Positions 52,177 through 64,000 of a stretch of DNA of 64,000 nucleotides are shown piece by piece (position 1 is the stretch's first letter; each line of letters opens with the position of its first letter). The position numbers and the translations under genes are program-made. Source of the DNA: Eledone cirrhosa (taxonomy: Eukaryota); the NCBI GenBank assembly GCA_964016885.1, contig OZ024754.1:24924001-24988000 (forward strand), given 5' to 3'. Below the pieces are notes generated by a model. It was not told where the DNA came from. It saw only the letters and a program-made list of their open reading frames with translations, and made no database searches.

Positions 52177-54580
52177 ATGGTGGTGGTGATGATAGTGATG
52201 GTGATGATGGTGGTGGTAATGATGGTGGTGGTGATGGTGGTGATGGTGATGGTGGTGGTGGTGGTGGTGGTGATAGTGGTGGTGGTGGTGGTGATGATGG
52301 TGGTGGTGGTGATGATGGTGGTGGTAATGATGGTGGTGGTGATGATGGTGGTGGTGATGATGGTGGTGGCAATGATGGTGGTGGTGATGATGGTGATGGT
52401 GATGATGATGGTGGTGGTGGTGATGGTGATGATGGTGGTGGTAATGATGGTGGTGGTGGTGATGATGGTGATAATGATTGTGACCATGATGGCAGTGATG
52501 TAGTAGTGATGAATATTATGATGATGACGAGGATGGTGATGATGATGATGATGATGATGCACACATGGTTGAGGTAACTCAGTAGATCCATCATGGCAGC
52601 TCATGTTTGCAATATTGGCAGCTGTGATTTAGTGAGGAGGAGAGGGGGGCAAGAGGGAGGAGGAAAGGCAAAACAAGTACAAAGACCACCCCCACTATTT
52701 ATATCACCCCCACACACACACACACTATTCATATACCCCCCCCACACACACACACACGCGCACATACTGTCCATATCACCCCCACCCCCGTATCACCAAC
52801 AAAAAAGTTGCCCAACCCCGCACCAACATTCTCAATATAAAACAACAAAGGATTGATGGAATGAAGGAGTAAAAGACAGGGGGGGGGGGAGACAGAATAA
52901 GGGAGAAAGCAAGAGAGAATAAGAGAGTAAAAGAGAGACAGAGAATGTAAGAGAGAGAGGTAGAGAGAGTAAATGAGACAGAGATAGAAAGAGAGAGAGC
53001 AGTAGAGATAGAAAGAGAGAGAGAGGTAGAGATAGATAGAGGTAGAGATAGAGAGAGAGAGAGAGAGAGGTAGGGAGAGAGAGGTAGAGAGAGAGAGAGA
53101 GAGAGGTAGAGATAGAGAGAGAAAGAGTACACAGGTGTTCAGAAGAAGTCTAATGATCCCAATGAAGCTTAACTAAGATGGCAGTAGTGGTGCTAATGAT
53201 GATGATAGTGGTGGTGTTGGTGGTGATCATTGTAGTAGTGGTGGTGGTGGTGGTGGTAGCGTTGCTGGTGATGGTGTTTGTGGTGTTGGTGATGATGGTG
53301 GTGGTGTTTGTGGTGTTGGTGGTGGTGGTGGTCATTGTGGTTGTGGTGATGATGATGATGGTGGTGGTGATGGTGGTGGTGGCTGTGGTGGTGGTGATGG
53401 TGGTGTTGATCATGGTGGTGGTGATGGTGGTGTTTGTGGTGATGTTTGTGGTGATGGCGGTGATGATGATGGTAGTGATGGTGTTAGTGATCATCTTGGT
53501 AGTGGTGATGGTGGTGGTGGTGGTTTTAGTGGCTGGGGTGGGGGATGAGATATAGGGTTGTACTTAGGGAAGGCTGGGTGGCAGCTGTTTGGTGTGTGTG
53601 TGTGTGTCAGTGCATGTGTGAGGAGTAGGTGAGTGTGAGTGTGTATGTAAATATGCATGTATGTGTATGTGTATGAGTGGGTTGGTGGGTGTTATGATGT
53701 GTGTGCTTGTGGATGAGATGGTGGTGTCGTCTGGTAGTACCAATGTGTGTGTGTCTATATGTATGTGTGTGTGTCTATATGTATGCATGCATGTATATAT
53801 ATATATATATATATGGAGGGTGTTATGGTATGTGTAGAGGTTGTTATGGTATTTGGGGTGTGTGTGGTGTGTGTATGTGTGTTTGTGTGTGGTATTTTAA
53901 AGTTAGGTGTGATGTAGTGTACAGAGATATGATTTGGAATTTGCTTAGTCAAAAGGAGATACCATAAGTTCAATGGTAGTTTTCAATACCACCACCTTCA
54001 CCACCATCAATACCACAATCATCACCACCACCACCATCTTCACCACCATCAATACCAGCACCATCACCACCATCTTCACAACCATCAATACCACCACCAT
54101 CACCACCACCACCATCTTCACCACCATCACCACCATCAATACCACCACCTTCACCACCACCACCACTATCTTCACCACCATCACCACCACCATCAATACC
54201 ACCACCACCATCTTCACCACCATCAATACCACCACCATACAATCATCTTTAACTCCCACCACCACCACCACTACTATCTACCACTATCCCACCACATTAC
54301 TATCTACCACCACTACTATCTCCCATTACCACTATCTACCACCACCACCACCACTACTATCTACCACTATCCCACCACACTACTATCTACCACCACCACT
54401 ACTATCTCCCACTACCACTATCTACCACCACCACTTCTATCTACCACTATCTCCCACCACCACTACTATCTAGCACTATCTCCCACCACCACTACTATCT
54501 ACCACCACCACCACCACCACTACTATCTACCACTACCACTATCTACCACCATCAATACCATCAACATCTTTACCACCATC
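52177..54580. repeat. Cluster of degenerate simple repeats: (GGT/GAT)n 52177-52560 and 53175-53530, (GA)n 52900-53125, (ACC)n-based 53985-54580
   Basis: Direct. Confidence 0.93.
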
Positions 54581-55377
54581 GTATTCCATACTCAATGTAA
54601 CTGAGTGTTCCAATGATTTTGTTCCAAGTCCTGTTAAGTATAGTGATAATGGCGGCTTATAGAGATATACTCTTCCTAAAATTTTAAATAGTGAAATTTT
54701 TTATTTGGTTAAACATACAGAACAAGAAAGCAACATTGGAAAAGACAATAAATACCATAAATGAGAAGAAAAGAGGGGCAGAGAGCAAGGACTATTAGAC
54801 AAAGGAAGAAAGAAATGGGGAGAGAGGGGGTAACAGACTCTAGACCTAGGTCAGAGCAGTGATTCAGCTGTGCCGTACAGACAAAATTGCAAAGGCATTT
54901 CTGCAGACAATGACCAGTGACACATGCTGCAACAGCCACCGTACCACTCGGAGCTCCTTCCTCAGACAGAGCTACTGTCATATTTTGTAAAAGCTCTGTT
55001 AAGTATAGAGATAATGGTGGATTATTAAAAAAACAACCAAATGAAGATGTCACAAAAATGTGTGCCAAAAGAACTTTGAGAAATTATATATGTATTTATA
55101 TTTTCAACTGTTGGTTAATCAATGAAACATTGCCAGCTAACTTATTTATAAAAATATAAAGATATACTGAAGTGAAAACCAAACCAAACAGTAAGGGTGT
55201 TTTACAATGTTTGGCAATATTAGGACAACATGATATATAACAATATCTGTATATAACAATATCTGTATATAACAATATCTGTTTCAACACACGATTTCAT
55301 ATGAAAAACCTTGCAAAACAAATACATCATCAAATTTTTTTTTTTTAATTTTGGTAACATAAATAGCAGTATGGTGC

Positions 55378-55655
55378 AAAGGACCTGATGGAACTGCCAT
55401 GCAGGGCAGCGGTCACCAATAGGTGGTCTGCAGACAACTGGTGGTCTGCGGACAACTGGTGGTCCACAAAGGTCCTGCTGGAACTGCCATGCAGGGCAGC
55501 GGTCACCAACAGGTGATCTGCAGGCAACTGGTGGTCCATAAGCAAATTTTGGTGGTCCGCAGAAAAATTTTAATTTATTTGTCTTTTTTTTAAATTCATA
55601 TTAGTGGTCTGCGGGATTTAAAATTATGAATTTAGAAGTCCGTGTGGCCAACACA
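55378..55655. mobile_element. hAT-like MITE remnant with duplicated left end
   Basis: CAGCGGTCACCAA.AGGTGGTC.GC start and repeated GGTGGTCC(G/A)C subterminal motifs; ~90-bp segment duplicated (55381/55473). Confidence 0.55.
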
Positions 55656-56317
55656 GCGGGAGAAGGGGAGAGGAGAAGGGGTAGATGAGAGGGGGGAGGG
55701 GGATATGGGGAAACGGGGTGTGAGGGGGGAGATTAGAAAGGGAGGGGAGGGGAGGAAAGAGAGGGAAGGGGGAGTAGAGGCTAGGGAAGGTGGGCGTACG
55801 GAAGGTGGGCGGTAGGGAAGGTGGGCGTACGGAAGGTGGGTGGTAGGGAAGGTGGGGTAGAGAAGGTGGGAGGTAGGGAAGGTGTGGTGAGTGGAGTACA
55901 GTGAGGGTGGGGGTAAGGTGAGGGTGGGGGTAAGGTGTGGGTAGGGTGGAGTGGGGGTAAGTGGTTGATAAAAAAAAGAACCATAGAAAAAAGGAATGTT
56001 ATGATAGGGTGCTGTGTAAATGGTAATTATCTGACAACTAAATTACTAGGAATCAAAGACTTCTTAGATTAGGGGAGGGGGCGAGGAGAGAGGGCGGGAG
56101 GAGGGAAGTGTGGGGGCAAGGAGAGTGGGAGGGGTGAGGGGAGAGTGGGAGGGGTGAGGGAGGGATGTTTGTTGTTTCCTATGTTTCCTATGGCAGGAAA
56201 TTTTGAAATTTGTCAAGAATATATGAAAGAAATTTAGGATGGTGGAAAGGTTAAAAAGGGAATGAAGGGGGTGAAAGAGAGGTACAGGATATCATCATAC
56301 ACACACACACACACTCA

Positions 56318-56890
56318 CAAACAGAAGCTGGATGACAACAAACAGAGGCTGGATGACAACAAACAGAGGCTGGATGACAACAAATAGCGGCTGGATGACC
56401 ACAAACAGAGGTTGGATGATCACAAATAGCGGCTGGATGACAACAAATAGAAACTGCATGACCTCAAATAGAAGCTGGATGACCTCAAACAGAGGCTGGA
56501 TGACCTCAAATAGAGGCTGGATGACCTCAAATAGAGGCTGGATGACCTCAAATAGAGGCTGGATGACCTCAAATAGAAGCTGGATGACCTCAAACAGAGG
56601 CTGGATAACCTCAAATAGAGGCTGGATGACCTCAAATAGAAGCTGGATGACCTCAAACAGAGGCTGGATGACCTCAAATAGAGGCTGGATGACCTCAAAT
56701 AGAGGCTGGATGACAACAAATAGAAACTGCATGACCTCAAATAGAAGCTGGATGACCTCAAACAGAGGCAGGATGACCTCAAATAGAGGCTGGATGACCT
56801 CAAATAGAGGCTGGATGACCTCAAATAGAGGCTGGATGACCACAGTGGCTGGATGACTGCAGAGGTTGGATGATCACAAACAGAGGCTAC
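56318..56890. repeat. 21-bp minisatellite GCTGGATGACCTCAAA(T/C)AGAG, ~27 copies
   Basis: Direct. Confidence 0.97.
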
Positions 56891-57526
56891 TTTTAACCTT
56901 GAAACATTGACTACAAACCATGAAACATTAAATCTTGCCTACTACATTTCCCCATTGTCCTTAAATTATGTTATTTTATTATGGGCAACAGTTTTATATT
57001 TATAATCCACCCCACATCAAAACAAAATCCATATGTTTTCATCTGTCAGGGAGGGGATAAAAATAAACAAATAAAGAAGAAGAGAAGCTTTGATTGACTG
57101 AGAAAAATGTAAATCTTTCATCATCTACAAGTCAAAGACATAGAAATGTCAACAAGGACTCTTTTCTGGAGAAATTGGTAATTTTTACTGAGATTCGTGT
57201 TTGACAATTCTTACTCAGTACTGAGGGAGGATGGGGAGAATATTTTTTAAGTAATTTCACAGGAAAACTTCTGAAAATCTTAAACAGGTTGTTAAAATAA
57301 TCTCAGTAAAACTAAATATGGCACACAAGATAATGGTGACTGTTTTGTTTTTATAGTTTAGCTTCTGTGTAAGTAAAAGACACAAATGGAACAATCATAG
57401 AAACAAGATATTTGAAAATATGATACAAGTTGAGGTATATACAAGACATTACATACACAGTATACATATATGTGTGTATATGTATGTGTATGTATGTGTA
57501 TGTATGTATATATGCATGTATATGTC

Positions 57527-57563
<37 letters not shown>

Positions 57564-57639
57564 ATATATATGTATATGTGTATATATATATATGTGTGTA
57601 TGTGTGTGTGTGTATGTGTATATATATGTATATATATAA

Positions 57640-57701
<62 letters not shown>

Positions 57702-58429
57702 ATGTGTACATATATGTATATATATATATATGTATAAGTATATATATATTATTTTTATATTCTTTTAATTTCCCCTCATCTTTAACAGCACTTTTCAACT
57801 GCATCTAACTCTTATTTATTTATTTATCATATCTATATGTATTAGTATAATTTTATCAATATAAATATACCCATCAATTAAATTAATTTATATTCTTTTC
57901 ATAGATGTATTTTTTTCACTAACATTCTTATCTTAAAACTTTAGTCACCTTAGATATTTGTATTGGCATTACTATTTTATAACAGCAACTGCTTCTATAC
58001 CTTTTACTGACCACCTGACCTATTTTCACCCCTAAAATAAGCTTCAATTACTACTATTTTACCATTTGGCCAATTATTAACTCTCTATTGGTTAATTCTA
58101 AACCTCTTACCAAACAGACAGAATATATTAGATCTTTGTTGGTTTTATTCAATGAAAAAATAAAATTATTTCTGAGGTCAGCATAAGACCTATTTCTTCC
58201 CTAAAATAATCCTTCATTCATAATATTCTTTTCCATCCAAAACTGTAATCTACCTTCCTCTACCCATAATTTAAGGTTCTTCTACTACTATATTACTATC
58301 CTGACCCTCACTATCTCTCTATTGGTCAATTCAAAACCTGTTCCAAAACAGACCTATTGTATTGAATCTTTGTTTTTTTCAATAAACAAATATCATTATT
58401 TCTGAAGACAGCATATATATGTGTAGGTA

Positions 58430-58725
58430 TGTATATTCCCTCTGATAGTTTGTATAAATATTGTACATAGATCTATAGAATATGCATACCAACTCTAACA
58501 CATATATATCCTAGAAACGATCGTAAAATGATGAAATTTTTTTTAATATAAGGAACTGTTTCTTTGTTTATTCATTATTTTATTAATTTATCTTGACTCT
58601 GTTTTCTGTTTATTTTTCACCGAAAATAGTTTTTGAATGCATCTTCTCTTTTCATGATATCCGGATTACATTGAGTTCTTCATACGGATTGGACACTACC
58701 GTAAACTTTTGGTAGATTTATCTAC
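58430..58725 (+). mobile_element. Degenerate (TA)n-associated mini-element with GAAACGAUCGUA hammerhead half
   Basis: GAAACGATCGTA at ~58514 (also ~29869), T-rich spacer, CUC...AUUGAGUUCUUCAUACGG, tail into (TA)n. Confidence 0.45.
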
Positions 58726-59219
58726 ATATATATATATATATAAATATATATATATACACATATATACACATATATATATATACAGATATACACATATATA
58801 AGTTGAGGTATATACAAGACGTTACATACACAGTATACATATATATATATATATACATATATACACATATATAAATATATATATATACATATTTATATAC
58901 ACATATATATATATACATATATACATACACATATATAAATATATATATATACATATTTATATACACATATATATATATACATATATACATACACATATAA
59001 ATATATATATATACATATTTATATACACATATACATATATACATATATATACATATATACATATATAAATATACATATATACATATATAAATATACATAT
59101 ATACATATATATACACATATATATATATATACATATATACATATATATACATATATACACACATATATATATATATATATATATACATATATACATATAT
59201 ATACATATATATACATGTA

Positions 59220-59254
<35 letters not shown>

Positions 59255-59882
59255 TTATACTCGGATTTCTTTCCTAGAGTGCTTAAATTATTTGTAACTA
59301 ATCCCGGTATTTTTTATTAAAAAAACGCGATAATATTGCTTTTTGCTGAACTCCTTATTGTAGAGTTTTTTCGGAATGTTTTTTGACTGTTGTTTCTTGT
59401 AAACAAACATTCGTCTCATTCTGACGTCACCAGCCCTGTCTTTCCACATGTGTGTTTTATTTTTCATAATCACGCATGATGGTGAACTAGCCCGTTTTTA
59501 AATCCCTTTTTGGCATATTAACCAGTGAGAAATTTTGGTTATTGAGTTGAGCTCTGCTGAGGATCGAATTCCAACCGTGACCATCTCCACTGAAAGTTTT
59601 CGTGAAATAGTCTTCAAGACTATACAGAGCATTTGTAGTTGTCCCAAATTGAAGGATGAGTATTTTAAACTTTATTTTATCATGAGATAAGGCTCTATTG
59701 ATTCTTCCCTGGATTTCACTAAATTCTGTTGGATGAGTCTATATCCTGATTCTTTTTGAGTTGAGTTTGAATTATTTTTCCCACATCTTACGTTAACTAT
59801 TTTTCCCATTTTGACGCTATAGTCACTTATATATTATGGAATACTGTTGGCTTTTTGCTACAATATTTTCTATATCTTTCAT

Positions 59883-63880
<3,998 letters not shown>

Positions 63881-64000
63881 AAGATCAAAAGATGGTTAAA
63901 GGAGTTCCATATATTTTATTATGCGCATTTCAAAAACAAACATCATCAAACAATAATATTTGTGTTTTCATCAGATAAAACAGGAGAACATGATATGAAG

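Noticed and set aside
52035-54473. Poly-Thr/Pro/Val/Gly ORFs (mucin- or extensin-like)
   Set aside because: Trinucleotide repeats open in several frames, no splice or domain support
56295-56856. Heptad-repeat coiled-coil ORF
   Set aside because: 21-bp minisatellite open in several frames on both strands; no supporting gene structure seen
57215-57270. Possible upstream exon (SFPVKLLKKYSPHPPSVL) of the minus-strand gene
   Set aside because: AG/GT present but phase does not join the 48894 exon and no bridging exon was found
59288-59810. Coding-like minus-strand segment
   Set aside because: Interrupted by stops, no recognisable motif; possibly a retroelement 5' region but unsupported

Overview
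Eukaryotic, repeat-dominated DNA, most likely an octopus/cephalopod genome (inferred from the tRNA-derived SINE families, the microsatellite load and the Penelope/RTE/Tx1 remnants). Almost every long ORF in the track is an artefact of tandem repeats. Layout: a 22-bp satellite (1-11.5 kb), a GT-rich composite satellite (11.8-23.2 kb), an internally deleted Penelope-like (PLE) remnant (~23.8-24.2 kb), then a mosaic of SINEs, LINE fragments, a Helitron, a Merlin-type foldback transposon, MITEs, minisatellites and (TA)n tracts. The last exons of a probable minus-strand host gene lie at 46-49 kb. Most notable: about 10 short inserts of unrelated primary sequence sit in (TA)n tracts and share one architecture: foldback palindrome around a minimal hammerhead ribozyme (or half of one), then a spacer, then a covarying RCUC...GAGY-RCUC bulged hairpin, then a ~25-60 nt tail, then (TA)n. 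Coordinates were read by eye and may be off by a few bases.
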